Source of the DNA: a virus
Direction: 5' to 3' (one strand)
DNA length: 64,000 nucleotides
IMG/VR virus record: IMGVR_UViG_3300030329_002830
Coordinates: 1-64,000 of that record
Within the stretch, counting starts at the first letter, position 1; each line of letters begins with the position of its first letter. A program made the position numbers and the translations under genes. Positions 16,370 to 25,552 of the stretch are shown in pieces. The notes beneath the pieces were generated by a model. That model saw nothing but the letters and a program-made list of their open reading frames with translations. It had not been told where the DNA came from and ran no database searches.

Positions 16370-17227
16370 ATGGCATCAGCGAACGTACCAGCACTACGGT
16401 TTCGATCCATTGTCGAAGACAAGGCATCGGAGTTTTTGAGCACAACACTTGGCACATCCTCGGGCCAAGAGGCAGCAGGAAAGGTGGCGCTTGCCTTCAG
16501 GTCGGCAGCCCAAGCTAACGACAAGCTGTACTCCTGCGACCCAGCTTCAGTAGCCCAGGCGATTGCAATGTCAGCCATGACCGGATTGATGCCTGGCGGG
16601 CCTTTGCCGGACGTGTACCTGCTTCCAAGGGGAAACCAGTTGCAGTGGTTTGTGTCCCACCGTGGATACCTCAAGCTGATGTCGAGAACGGGCACCCGCA
16701 TTCGCGCTCGATTCGTGCTTGAGGGTGAGCGGTTCGAGGTTGCTGAAGGGCTGAACCCAGACATCATTCACGTTCCAGACCTTGAGCTTGAGCCAACCTG
16801 GGACAACCTCAAGGCCGTGTATGTAGTCGCGCACTACCCTGACGGGAACAGTGATTTCGTTGTCGTCCGCAAGAAGGACATCGAGAAGCGCCGAAACAAC
16901 TCCGACGCCTGGAAGCGCAACAGCAAAAAGTCTCCATGGGGTCAGTGGCCTGTAGAGATGGCGCTGAAAACCGGTATTCGATACGCTATTTCTCGCGGTC
17001 TCGTGTACTTGGATGAGCAAAGCTCTCAAGCATTCGAGCAGGATGGAATACAGGACGCTCCATCAGCATCAGCAATGAATGTTAATATGGATAAAGGGCC
17101 ATCAACTGGGATGGATGCACTTAACAACTCGGTAAAAGAACTTACCGACTCAACACTCGATACAGCAGACACTTCGTCCTTGATTGACGCAGTCGACGTT
17201 GCACCAACACAAACAGCAGGCATTTAG
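16370..17227 (+). CDS. recT: RecT-family single-strand annealing protein
   Basis: CDPASV...GLMP...VYLLPR...HRGYLKL...SPWGQWPVEMALKT; adjacent to YqaJ. Confidence 0.88.
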   Translation: MASANVPALRFRSIVEDKASEFLSTTLGTSSGQEAAGKVALAFRSAAQANDKLYSCDPASVAQAIAMSAMTGLMPGGPLPDVYLLPRGNQLQWFVSHRGYLKLMSRTGTRIRARFVLEGERFEVAEGLNPDIIHVPDLELEPTWDNLKAVYVVAHYPDGNSDFVVVRKKDIEKRRNNSDAWKRNSKKSPWGQWPVEMALKTGIRYAISRGLVYLDEQSSQAFEQDGIQDAPSASAMNVNMDKGPSTGMDALNNSVKELTDSTLDTADTSSLIDAVDVAPTQTAGI

Positions 17228-17236
17228 GAGATAGCA

Positions 17237-17866
17237 ATGGGACTTATTGATCAGGCACAGGAACGGAAGAGCCCTTTCGAAAGCCGATCCGTGCAGGCTG
17301 CGGATGATGGCACGTCGAAGATTATGCAATCAAACGTGTTGCTTGAGGTTGCAAACCAAGTGCTAAGCCTCAACTCGTTGCCAGCCAAGGCAAAGAAGCG
17401 GTGCGCAAGTTTTAGAACAAAGCTTGGTGACTCAAGCTGGCGATTGACCGAGCTTCTTGGTCAGGTCGATAAATCAATTTGGTCGAACATGGTGGGACGA
17501 ACAATCGAGGGCCACGAAAAGACCATCATTCATAGCCAGCCAAACGGTACGTGGAAGATTTGTGACTACGAAGTCGACATTCGCCGCGACAAGGCCAACG
17601 ATGAGCGACTGTTCCTTGCCACTCAATGGGTCGACATCGACGACCAGCCCGAGCTTCAGTACCAGAATGGTGCTCCTGCCGTGAACGTCAACATCAAGTC
17701 ACCAGAGCTTCCCAAGGAAGTGCTTGCAGCGCTTGGGAATAAGGGCGGAAACGATGAGGAACTCAAGGGCCTGCTCAAGGATCTGATTGGAGCCATGGCT
17801 GCACAAAACCAGCCCAAGCCAGCATCGGAGCCCCTGCCGCCCTCGTTTGATGAAGCATCTGAGTAG
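17237..17866 (+). CDS. hypothetical protein
   Basis: AGGAG RBS; 209-aa ORF. Confidence 0.75.
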   Translation: MGLIDQAQERKSPFESRSVQAADDGTSKIMQSNVLLEVANQVLSLNSLPAKAKKRCASFRTKLGDSSWRLTELLGQVDKSIWSNMVGRTIEGHEKTIIHSQPNGTWKICDYEVDIRRDKANDERLFLATQWVDIDDQPELQYQNGAPAVNVNIKSPELPKEVLAALGNKGGNDEELKGLLKDLIGAMAAQNQPKPASEPLPPSFDEASE

Positions 17867-17942
17867 TGGGGTGTAGCGCAACTGGCAGCGCATCCGGTTG
17901 TTACCCGGAAGGTTGTTGGTTCGAGTCCAACCGCCCCAGCCA
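17867..17942 (+). tRNA. tRNA-Asn (GTT) with encoded CCA
   Basis: acceptor TGGGGTG/CGCCCCA, D arm GCGC/GCGC, anticodon arm TCCGG-TTGTTAC-CCGGA, T arm GTTGG-TTCGAGT-CCAAC, G73 + CCA. Confidence 0.92.
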
Positions 17943-17962
17943 TACACTCGTTTGCAATAGCT

Positions 17963-18097
17963 ATGAGTAAGATCATCAAAATGTACCGGCGGTGCTGCAT
18001 TGACTGCGGGTACATTTGGTTCGGCATGATTGATTGCCCTGAATGTGAAGGGGTCGGTGAGCCTATTGATATTGAGGGGCAAGATGCCGCTGTATGA
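17963..18097 (+). CDS. 44-aa CxxC...CxxC mini zinc-finger
   Basis: hand translation MSKIIKMYRRCCIDCGYIWFGMIDCPECEG... Confidence 0.5.
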   Translation: MSKIIKMYRRCCIDCGYIWFGMIDCPECEGVGEPIDIEGQDAAV

Positions 18098-18284
18098 GTA
18101 CGAGTGTGATGCATGCGGGAAAAGAGAAGAGCGCCTGCAAAAACACGGCGACCCGGCCCCATTCTGCCAACAATGCTCACAGGACATGAAGAAGAGAATC
18201 AGCGTTGGCTCGTTTGCCCTCAAAGGAGAGGGCTGGGCCAAGGATAACTACGGGCTCAAAAAAACAACAGTGAAGGAGAAATGA
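18084..18284 (+). CDS. FmdB-family zinc-ribbon protein
   Basis: MPLYEYECDACG...CQQC...SFALKGEGW. Confidence 0.85.
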   Translation: MPLYEYECDACGKREERLQKHGDPAPFCQQCSQDMKKRISVGSFALKGEGWAKDNYGLKKTTVKEK

Positions 18285-18523
18285 CGGTGGGACTTCAGCC
18301 TTTAGGACGACCATGGATTGTTTTGAACTATGCGGTGAGTGAGCCAGACGAGTGGACATGCAGGGCCATCGCTGAAGACATTGGGGATAGCCCTAAGAAG
18401 GTCGGGATGACCGTGCGGTCTCTTCGGCAGAGAGGGTTCGTAGTCAAGGGCAAGAAGGTTGGAAGGGCCCACGCCCTGTTCCCGACACCGGAGGGCGTTG
18501 AGGCCCTGTACTCAGCGATCTAA
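18281..18523 (+). CDS. winged-HTH protein
   Basis: TCRAIAEDIG...VRSLRQRGFV...PTPEG; AAGGAG RBS. Confidence 0.7.
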   Translation: MTVGLQPLGRPWIVLNYAVSEPDEWTCRAIAEDIGDSPKKVGMTVRSLRQRGFVVKGKKVGRAHALFPTPEGVEALYSAI

Positions 18524-18886
18524 TCTCCCCAGCCCCCCGCTCATTGCCGGTCACTCGTGGTGAGTGTACACAAGTGGAGGAGCCGGTCCCGCCGGGCGGG
18601 GGGTGTGGGGCATGGAGGAAGAATGAAACTGCACTGGACCGCAGGAAGCGAAATGCAGCGCGACCCTACTGGGTTCATCTTGTTTAGAACTTCATGCAGG
18701 CGATGGGTGACGCTAAATCGAACAACGGTTCCAACCGGGGTTACCTGCAAGCAATGCCGCCGATATTTAGACAAGCTCATTGCAGGCTAATCAGGTTACA
18801 CCGGGCTTGGTGGTCATTTTACGTGCCTGTTTTCTGGCCACTGTTTCAACACACAAGCCCAATAGGGCTTTGTGCGCTGAGGTGAT

Positions 18887-18921
18887 AAGCCCGTCGGTGG
18901 ATAGGCCACTGGCGGGTTTTT
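18887..18921 (+). terminator. Rho-independent terminator
   Basis: CCCGTCGGTGG-ATAGG-CCACTGGCGGG followed by TTTTT. Confidence 0.65.
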
Positions 18922-18990
18922 CAAGATAAACGAATCCGCAGATTTGAACCCCGTTCCGGTGTCGCGGCCAGGACGGGGTTATTCTTTGGT

Positions 18991-19290
18991 ATGGCACGAT
19001 GCGGACGATGCGGGCTCTGGGCTAAGTACCCACCCAACTGGAAGGAACAAAAGTACGCTGGCGTGTGCATGTGGTATCGCTTTCGCCTCCCTGAAGATCA
19101 GGTGTACGAGAAGCGGAAGTGCCCTGAGTTCTTTGAGGCAATGCCTCAGTGGAATCAACAGCAACACTGGAACTACGCGACCCGACACGATGACCTGGGG
19201 CGCAGTTGGCATGCCAGTAGACGAGCCTTGACCTTCTCGCTGTTCTCACTGGTATTGTCCGCCGCCGGGCTTGCGTTCAAGTTTCTCTAA
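18991..19290 (+). CDS. small Cys-containing protein with C-terminal TM
   Basis: CGRC..C..C; hydrophobic C-terminus. Confidence 0.55.
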   Translation: MARCGRCGLWAKYPPNWKEQKYAGVCMWYRFRLPEDQVYEKRKCPEFFEAMPQWNQQQHWNYATRHDDLGRSWHASRRALTFSLFSLVLSAAGLAFKFL

Positions 19291-19562
19291 GAGTCTTTGT
19301 TCTCAATCATCTTAGCAATGTCTTTCTTGAGTTGGTCCTGCCTCTTCGACTCAATAATGACATCGAGCTTGGCGTTGTTTGCCGAAAGCTGCTCAGCAAT
19401 CTCAGATGCTACTGACTCGCTCTTGGCCATGACCCGGTCAAGGCGCTTCTGAGCAAACCAGTTGGTAGCAATCAAGTAGATAGCGAAGATGCCCATCGCC
19501 CCGTACTCCAGCAGTGCGGTGACTACACTGCTGGTGGTATCGGATACGACCTCGCCTTCCAT
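19287..19562 (-). CDS. holin-like membrane protein
   Basis: single N-terminal TM plus coiled charged tail; next to putative endolysin. Confidence 0.5.
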   Translation of the reverse strand: MEGEVVSDTTSSVVTALLEYGAMGIFAIYLIATNWFAQKRLDRVMAKSESVASEIAEQLSANNAKLDVIIESKRQDQLKKDIAKMIENKDS

Positions 19563-20134
19563 TAGAGTTCCGGTTCATCGATGAGAGTATATGTAAACGT
19601 GTCGCCCCAAAGGCTCTTCGCGGCCATGCAAATAGACATGAACTCTTCAAAGTCCTTCTCGTTGGCGAAGACTTGGCATCCAGCAGACCACTTGTTGATT
19701 TCAGTGGACTCTTTACCAGCCTTATGAATGTTGATGCCGTAGTAGCCTTCAGTGATGGACTCAGGATCACGGTCAAGAATCTCATCCTTATTGCCATCAC
19801 GGTAAACCTTTACACGCCCTCCACGTTGAGTGAGGGCTGTGTACGTCCGATGTGTGCCAATCTTGTAGACGCCACGATACTGTCCGGGCACCAAAATGGC
19901 TGTACCTTCTACCCGCATAGGGTGGTCGAGCCAGTATTGTCCTGGGTCACAAGTCGCCTCCCAGGTCCGGGTGATCCACCCCATCTCATCCCTAAAAACG
20001 ACACAAATCCGGTCATCAAACTTATTGGGTTCGTGCGTCTTGCTTCGGATGCCAATGATGTTCAGGTTGTACTGGCCTTTCTCAAAAACCGCGTGGCCAA
20101 GGGACTCGACGTAGTCCAACAGAAAAGGTCTCAT
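19562..20134 (-). CDS. putative endolysin, YkuD/L,D-transpeptidase-like Cys peptidase
   Basis: GINIH...WSAGCQV (H...SxGC); flanked by membrane proteins. Confidence 0.65.
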   Translation of the reverse strand: MRPFLLDYVESLGHAVFEKGQYNLNIIGIRSKTHEPNKFDDRICVVFRDEMGWITRTWEATCDPGQYWLDHPMRVEGTAILVPGQYRGVYKIGTHRTYTALTQRGGRVKVYRDGNKDEILDRDPESITEGYYGINIHKAGKESTEINKWSAGCQVFANEKDFEEFMSICMAAKSLWGDTFTYTLIDEPEL

Positions 20135-20421
20135 CTACAACGCGCTCCGGTGGCTTGGCAGATGGCAGACTGATTCGTCATCAAGGACTTGATGTCTTTG
20201 CCCATCTCATCCTGCTTGGCTTCAAGCTTTTCAATGCGGCTCTCGCCAGCAGTATGACCGTCAGCCGCAACATGAATCGTCAGTTCACTCTGCTGGGTGT
20301 CCAGCGTCTCCTGGATCTGGGCAACGTCAGCAGAGACATCGCTAAGGGTGTACCACCCTCCACCAGCCAAGAAGATAACGGTCACGATCCAGATGACGAG
20401 TTTGGTGTCCATTTGCTTCAT
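20131..20421 (-). CDS. TM + coiled-coil lysis-cassette protein
   Basis: N-terminal TM, coiled coil, terminal Cys pair. Confidence 0.55.
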   Translation of the reverse strand: MKQMDTKLVIWIVTVIFLAGGGWYTLSDVSADVAQIQETLDTQQSELTIHVAADGHTAGESRIEKLEAKQDEMGKDIKSLMTNQSAICQATGARCR

Positions 20422-20858
20422 TTGAATCCCCCGCTGCCATATTGATAAGCAGCACCGAGGCCAGCAGCAACCACGCCAACCGTTACAAGTGTCTCCAGTC
20501 TACCAAACCATCGCTGTGTTCCTGGTCTTTCAAGAAAGGGCGGAGGTTTAGATTCCTCTTCAAGCTTCTTTTTGTACCATTCAATGTCCGCTTCCAGGGC
20601 CGCCGTGTCGATACGATATTGTGACGAAACGGCTACCCCCCACTTTTCGGCAGCGAGCAAGTCTGCATAGTCGGAAAGAGGAACAACAACTGCTGAGCAT
20701 GACGCAGATTTATCCTGCGCAAGGATCGCCGGAGGAAGTGGCTTGCCTTCTCGTATTGGGTACACTTTCAGGCACTCCCCAAGAATCGGCTCAATCGGAT
20801 CTGGCCGCTCGATTGCATCACCAGCAAACGCCAACGACGCCATCAACAGCCACATCAT
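20418..20858 (-). CDS. spanin-like secreted/membrane protein
   Basis: signal-peptide-like N-terminus, Cys pair, C-terminal TM. Confidence 0.45.
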   Translation of the reverse strand: MMWLLMASLAFAGDAIERPDPIEPILGECLKVYPIREGKPLPPAILAQDKSASCSAVVVPLSDYADLLAAEKWGVAVSSQYRIDTAALEADIEWYKKKLEEESKPPPFLERPGTQRWFGRLETLVTVGVVAAGLGAAYQYGSGGFK

Positions 20859-21112
20859 CGCCGCCTCCGGGCGTTTCCTCGATTAGCAAGATCACCAGCA
20901 GGGTCGTCGCCCTCGGCATCTTTGGCAATGTTCTCTACCTCTTCCTCAAACGAGCGCTGGATAGTCTCTGTTGCTACCTCAGCAGCGCGGTTCTTTGGCG
21001 GCTCAGAAGCCTTTGATGCCTTTTTGCCGGCCATACCCTTGCCGAAGACAAAGGCAAGCACAGCGCCCCCCAGAACGGCGAGAATCGTAAGCACGCTCTC
21101 CATACCTTCCAT
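20855..21112 (-). CDS. small TM protein (i-spanin/holin-like)
   Basis: N-terminal TM, charged tail. Confidence 0.45.
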   Translation of the reverse strand: MEGMESVLTILAVLGGAVLAFVFGKGMAGKKASKASEPPKNRAAEVATETIQRSFEEEVENIAKDAEGDDPAGDLANRGNARRRR

Positions 21113-21495
21113 CAGCTTGCCACAACGTGAACAATGACGGCATTTGCCGGATCTGTTGCCGAGCTACCACCGGTAGACTCCGGCCCAGTCACAGCCCACA
21201 ACGTAAGGCCAACAGAGTATGTCGCCCCAAGGGGCATTACGTATTCAGCCACCACCCCAGCAGGAGCATAAAAGATCCAGTCAGGGTGTGTGGTGCCAGG
21301 GGATGCAGCCGCAGCGTCTACCACCTTTACATACACGGGCGCGGAGTTTGCCGTGTTGTCAATCTTCACAACAAAGAACTCGCCGGACGCATTGCCGGTT
21401 ACCGAAAGCGAGGCATTAGAGCTTGCTGATGGCTCAAACACCAAACGTCCTGCAAGAACCTTTTGATCGGATGTCTTAGTAAGCTCTGCGGCCAC
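21112..21495 (-). CDS. ~125-aa beta-rich virion protein, paralogue family
   Basis: IDNTANSAPVYVKV...PGTTHPDWIF motif. Confidence 0.7.
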   Translation of the reverse strand: MAAELTKTSDQKVLAGRLVFEPSASSNASLSVTGNASGEFFVVKIDNTANSAPVYVKVVDAAAASPGTTHPDWIFYAPAGVVAEYVMPLGATYSVGLTLWAVTGPESTGGSSATDPANAVIVHVVAS

Positions 21496-21500
21496 GTCTT

Positions 21501-21863
21501 CTATCCAATCGTTAGGGTTACTTTGGTCGTTGAGTCTGGATGGACAGTGTCCAGCGGGTTGGCGTTTTTAGTAGCCCACATGTGAAGGTTGGTGAACTCG
21601 AAGCCATTCGGAATTTGGTATATCTGGGTGGTGTTCTTGACACACTTGAAGATCAACTGAGGCTTGCTTGAGCCAACAACGGCGGCGTTGCCATTAAAAA
21701 TCTTCACGTAGCAATCGCTTTTGACTCCACCCTCGACCACAACAGAGAGAAGGCTTCCGCCCGTGTAGCCAAGGTTGGAGTTCAAAGATGCCTTGGCATC
21801 ATCCTGAAGAACTACCCGGTGCGTGACCGCCGTTCCATTAAATCTCGTAGCCTTCAGGGTCAT
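21501..21863 (-). CDS. ~120-aa beta-rich virion protein, paralogue family
   Basis: CYVKIFNG...VGSSKPQLIFKC motif. Confidence 0.65.
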   Translation of the reverse strand: MTLKATRFNGTAVTHRVVLQDDAKASLNSNLGYTGGSLLSVVVEGGVKSDCYVKIFNGNAAVVGSSKPQLIFKCVKNTTQIYQIPNGFEFTNLHMWATKNANPLDTVHPDSTTKVTLTIG

Positions 21864-21872
21864 TCATCTCGC

Positions 21873-22064
21873 CTACTTCTTGCTCAGTGCAGACATGGCC
21901 TTCTCAGCCGAATCACCAGCAATATATGCAAGGCCAAGATAAAGCCACTGATCTGACTCAAGCATGCCGGCAGCAAGAAGACCTGTGCCAAGAGCCAAGA
22001 CGGCCAGCCGCCGCCAAGAGATTCGATGCTGAGAATCAAAAAGAGCCTTGAACATGTTCTTCAT
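21873..22064 (-). CDS. small two-TM holin-like protein
   Basis: AGGAG RBS; SWRRLAVLALGTGLLAAG...WLYLGLAYIAGD. Confidence 0.6.
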   Translation of the reverse strand: MKNMFKALFDSQHRISWRRLAVLALGTGLLAAGMLESDQWLYLGLAYIAGDSAEKAMSALSKK

Positions 22065-22077
22065 TTTGTACTCCTGT

Positions 22078-22461
22078 TTAGGTACCAAGCAGTTTAGCAA
22101 TAACGGTACTGCTTGGGTTGCTTTGGGTCTCGGTTCCAGTGTCGTAGCTTTCTTGTGTTTGGGTAACCCAAAACGTGACGCCGGTTGGATATGTCGTCCC
22201 AGTGTCGCAAACATAAGTTACCTTCTCGCCGGCAGGGGCGTAGAATACTGAGTTTGCCTTTTTGCTTTGTGAGGCGCCAGACGTAGCGTTGGTGATCTTT
22301 AGGTAGTTGACTTGGCTTGCGTTTGCCGTGTTGTCGATTTCCACAGCATAGACGGTACTCGATCCACCAAAAACGTCAGCTTCGGAGGTAGCATTAGCAG
22401 TAGCATCTGTGATTAGTGTCCCAGCAAGAGCATCTGCAACAGTTCCAGTAGTTACGCCCAT
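22078..22461 (-). CDS. ~125-aa beta-rich virion protein, paralogue family
   Basis: VYAVEIDNTANASQVNYLKI motif. Confidence 0.7.
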   Translation of the reverse strand: MGVTTGTVADALAGTLITDATANATSEADVFGGSSTVYAVEIDNTANASQVNYLKITNATSGASQSKKANSVFYAPAGEKVTYVCDTGTTYPTGVTFWVTQTQESYDTGTETQSNPSSTVIAKLLGT

Positions 22462-22470
22462 TTTTACACC

Positions 22471-22851
22471 TCAAGAAGTAACAAAAGTAGCTTTTACGTT
22501 TCCACCACTGATTGCGGCAGTAGATGAAACACCAGGATCTGCTGCCGCCCAAAAACTAAGCTTAGTAAACGTGATGCCATCAGGCATCTTCCATCTAACA
22601 TTGGAGCTTGTGGGGCAAAAGACCACGATGTCCGGGTGGGTTGTGCCAACGGTGACCCCGTCAGCAATGTCAGTAAGCGTAATTTTAAGGTACGCCTCAG
22701 TGGAAGATGACCCATTTTCTACATCAATAGAGTACAGCTTGCCGTTGTCCTGGGTCACGTCTTGATGAACAGTGGTCGGACCAACAGCGGTCTCTACAGC
22801 AATCTTGTATGTAAGCTTGTCGCTTTCAAAGCGTGCAACTGAAAGTGCCAT
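22471..22851 (-). CDS. ~125-aa beta-rich virion protein, paralogue family
   Basis: LYSIDVENG...AYLKI...TVGTTHPD motif. Confidence 0.7.
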   Translation of the reverse strand: MALSVARFESDKLTYKIAVETAVGPTTVHQDVTQDNGKLYSIDVENGSSSTEAYLKITLTDIADGVTVGTTHPDIVVFCPTSSNVRWKMPDGITFTKLSFWAAADPGVSSTAAISGGNVKATFVTS

Positions 22852-22862
22852 TGGTCTGTCCT

Positions 22863-24023
22863 TTATACGGGTAGATAAACGTCAGCAGCGACGGCATCAA
22901 GGTTTTCGACATTGCTGCCGCCGGTCGGGAATCGAAGGTTTGTTGCCGAACTGCCGTCTTGAACACCACTCTGCTCGACCCAGTTTCCCGGAGCGCCGTC
23001 GTTAGTGTTGATTGACACTCGGCCCGCGTCATGAACAACCACCCATGTGCCATTCCCGTCCGTAGCCAAATCTCGGGCATCTGTTCTCGGCAGGTCATCA
23101 CTATCGGTGTTGTATTTTGTCCAGTCTTGGCCGCCATCAGTGCTGCGGGCATAGTTGTCGCCAGCAGTGATTAGAACAGTAGCCCCGCCAGCTACGACTT
23201 GACGGGCAACAGCATCAATAAGGTCTTGTGCTGATGCGGCTGAACCGTCTACAGTGGCCAAGGTCCAGCTTGATGTGTCACTCGATGCAGCGTAAATGAC
23301 GCGAGTGGACCCGCTCTTTCGGACTAAAACCACCCAACGCGAGGTTCCGCTGTGAGTGCTATAGGCGATACCTCGAACAAGATAGCCACTGTCGGACACG
23401 GGGGAGTCCGCTGTGTCATACACCTTAGACCAAGAGGCACCGTCGTCGGTAGACTTGAAGATCTGGTCATGGTTGTCACACATCCAGGTGCCAGCACCAT
23501 CAGACGCCATGTGGCGAATGTCTACGCCTGTCGTAAACCAATCAGTGGCGCCAGACATGTCGACTTGAGACCACGTTGAGCCGTCTGTAGAGCGCCAAAG
23601 AGTGCCATTCTGGCCACCAGCCATCCAGACGTTATTGCCCCAAGCCACCGAAAACAGCTTTCCGGCAGCCACGTTTGTGTTTGACCAACCGGAAGTGTTG
23701 GTAGGGTCCGAGGAGTATCGAATCTCTTTGGTCCCATTCTCGTTTACCGCAACCCAGAGTGGATCACCGGACCCGTCTTTTCCGTAAGCAATGTGGTTGT
23801 AGTCTTTCGTGCCCATGTCCGCAGAGACATACCCAGTCCAGTCATTCAAGTCAGAATGAGCCGCAGTGGCTACAGCACCATCCGCCCCGACAGTACACCA
23901 CAAAGACGCGCCAGTTGAAGGGATGCTCACACCGGAAATGGTGGAACAACTCGCCTTAGCAACACCGTTGATGGTGTTGATGCTTCCTGCTGCTACGCCA
24001 TTTATGGTGGAAATGTCCGGCAT
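22863..24023 (-). CDS. Asp-box/BNR beta-propeller, probable receptor-binding protein
   Basis: repeated S-T-D-G/D-x-x-W boxes (RSTDGSTW, KSTDDGASW, RSTDGGQDW). Confidence 0.75.
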   Translation of the reverse strand: MPDISTINGVAAGSINTINGVAKASCSTISGVSIPSTGASLWCTVGADGAVATAAHSDLNDWTGYVSADMGTKDYNHIAYGKDGSGDPLWVAVNENGTKEIRYSSDPTNTSGWSNTNVAAGKLFSVAWGNNVWMAGGQNGTLWRSTDGSTWSQVDMSGATDWFTTGVDIRHMASDGAGTWMCDNHDQIFKSTDDGASWSKVYDTADSPVSDSGYLVRGIAYSTHSGTSRWVVLVRKSGSTRVIYAASSDTSSWTLATVDGSAASAQDLIDAVARQVVAGGATVLITAGDNYARSTDGGQDWTKYNTDSDDLPRTDARDLATDGNGTWVVVHDAGRVSINTNDGAPGNWVEQSGVQDGSSATNLRFPTGGSNVENLDAVAADVYLPV

Positions 24024-25537
24024 TAAGCAATCACAATGTTTGTAGCTGATGGGTTGAAGAAGATGACGCCGCTTGTGTCAGTTCCATACCCGACTACCCT
24101 CACGAAGTCGCCACTTGCAGACGGGGCCGTAAAATCAATCTCGCCAGTTGCTTCTGACACGTAGCAGGGAAGCCCCTCGTTCCACGTTCCTTCCACGTAG
24201 CTGTTGAGCTTAAAGAAACCGCGAATCAAAAGACCATCGCTAACCGCAGTACCCAGAGCGATACCGAGTAGTTGAGTTCCACCCGTAGCAACGGCATCTG
24301 CATCGCAATACTTCCACTTTCCATCTGTGTGGAGGTACATCAATCGGCCCGCAGCAAGGGTGTCCGACGAATCCTCCACCCCAAACGTGACAATGTCACC
24401 TACGCCAGTGTCATTGGCCAGCGCCGCAGTACCGCCCCAGAAGGTGCTCACACCCTCAGCAGTCACGGTCACAGCAGGCACAAGAGTCTGAACTGTAGAG
24501 TTGCTACCGCCCTCAGGAACAGCAACTTGAAGATGAATGTTTCCAGGGTCGCCAGTCCCAGTGCCCTGACCGCCCTTGATTGTCAGGTCTCTACCAGCAG
24601 TATCCGTTCCTGAAACCGGATCGACGGCAAGCGTTGCGTCTTGGCCGCTCCCATAAGCAATGTCGCCGCCTGACACGAGTACATCGCCAGCAAACGTCGT
24701 AGACAAATCATCAGCAATAGTCATTGCGACTGCATGACTGTTGACGCTACTACCACTTCCGCCGCCATCGGCAGTCTTAAAGATGATCGAGCCGCCTGCG
24801 CCGCTGCCTGTCCCTGCGCCGCCTCGAATCGTTAGGCTCTTACCAGCAGCGTTTGTGCCTGAAGAAGCGTCGACATTGAGCGTGGAGTTTCTGTTACCAA
24901 ACGAAAACTCACTGCCACCAACAAACGCCCCCTGCCTGGTGAGGGTGCCATCTTCCGACACGTAGAAGTCCATCTTGGAATCTTGCGTGTTGCCTGTGCT
25001 GGTAAATGAGTTGAGCTTCTTGACCCGGATAGAGCCTGAGTCAACCGCATTGCCGCTTGTGTCTTCCAGGTCAAACCGCAGAATGACTGAGCCGTTTGAA
25101 TCGGCCGTGTCGTCTTCGTTCTTTAGGACAAGGGCGGTACGTCCACCGTCAGTGTTGCCGCTGATTGTAACGAGCCCATCAGAGTCGATCCGCATCGCTT
25201 CAGTCAATGCCGACCCAGTATGGGTCGAGAAGATCAGATCGCCCTTAGTGTCATCCGATGCGCCATCGTGGCTGCCCTGAATCTGGGCCAACGCAACATT
25301 AGCGTGGTCCTCAAAGATGATCTTGGACTCACACCCACCATCGCTGTTCTCAGACGTATCGTTCTTCAGCGTGATGTAGGGCGCAGAGCCTTCAAGCTGG
25401 AGTTGCGTCCCTGGAGCGGCGGTGCCGATGCCCAATCGATTGTTGGTCTCATCGACAACAAGAGTGGTTCCATCGACCTCAAGGTCAGTGAGGACCGTGG
25501 CTCCACCCTGGCTATTGAAGTTGTTGTTGAAGCCCAC
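24023..25537 (-). CDS. tail fibre-like protein
   Basis: NRLGIGTAAP, LTEAMRIDSDG fibre motifs; Gly/Ser/Thr-rich; internal repeat AGKSLTIRGGAGTG / AGRDLTIKGGQGTG. Confidence 0.75.
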   Translation of the reverse strand: MGFNNNFNSQGGATVLTDLEVDGTTLVVDETNNRLGIGTAAPGTQLQLEGSAPYITLKNDTSENSDGGCESKIIFEDHANVALAQIQGSHDGASDDTKGDLIFSTHTGSALTEAMRIDSDGLVTISGNTDGGRTALVLKNEDDTADSNGSVILRFDLEDTSGNAVDSGSIRVKKLNSFTSTGNTQDSKMDFYVSEDGTLTRQGAFVGGSEFSFGNRNSTLNVDASSGTNAAGKSLTIRGGAGTGSGAGGSIIFKTADGGGSGSSVNSHAVAMTIADDLSTTFAGDVLVSGGDIAYGSGQDATLAVDPVSGTDTAGRDLTIKGGQGTGTGDPGNIHLQVAVPEGGSNSTVQTLVPAVTVTAEGVSTFWGGTAALANDTGVGDIVTFGVEDSSDTLAAGRLMYLHTDGKWKYCDADAVATGGTQLLGIALGTAVSDGLLIRGFFKLNSYVEGTWNEGLPCYVSEATGEIDFTAPSASGDFVRVVGYGTDTSGVIFFNPSATNIVIA

Positions 25538-25552
25538 TGAAACCCCCTGTGG

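Noticed and set aside
17893-17909. Possible TTA (ochre suppressor) anticodon or genetic-code reassignment
   Set aside because: The 5-bp stem centres the loop on GTT; genes end normally at TAA, TAG and TGA
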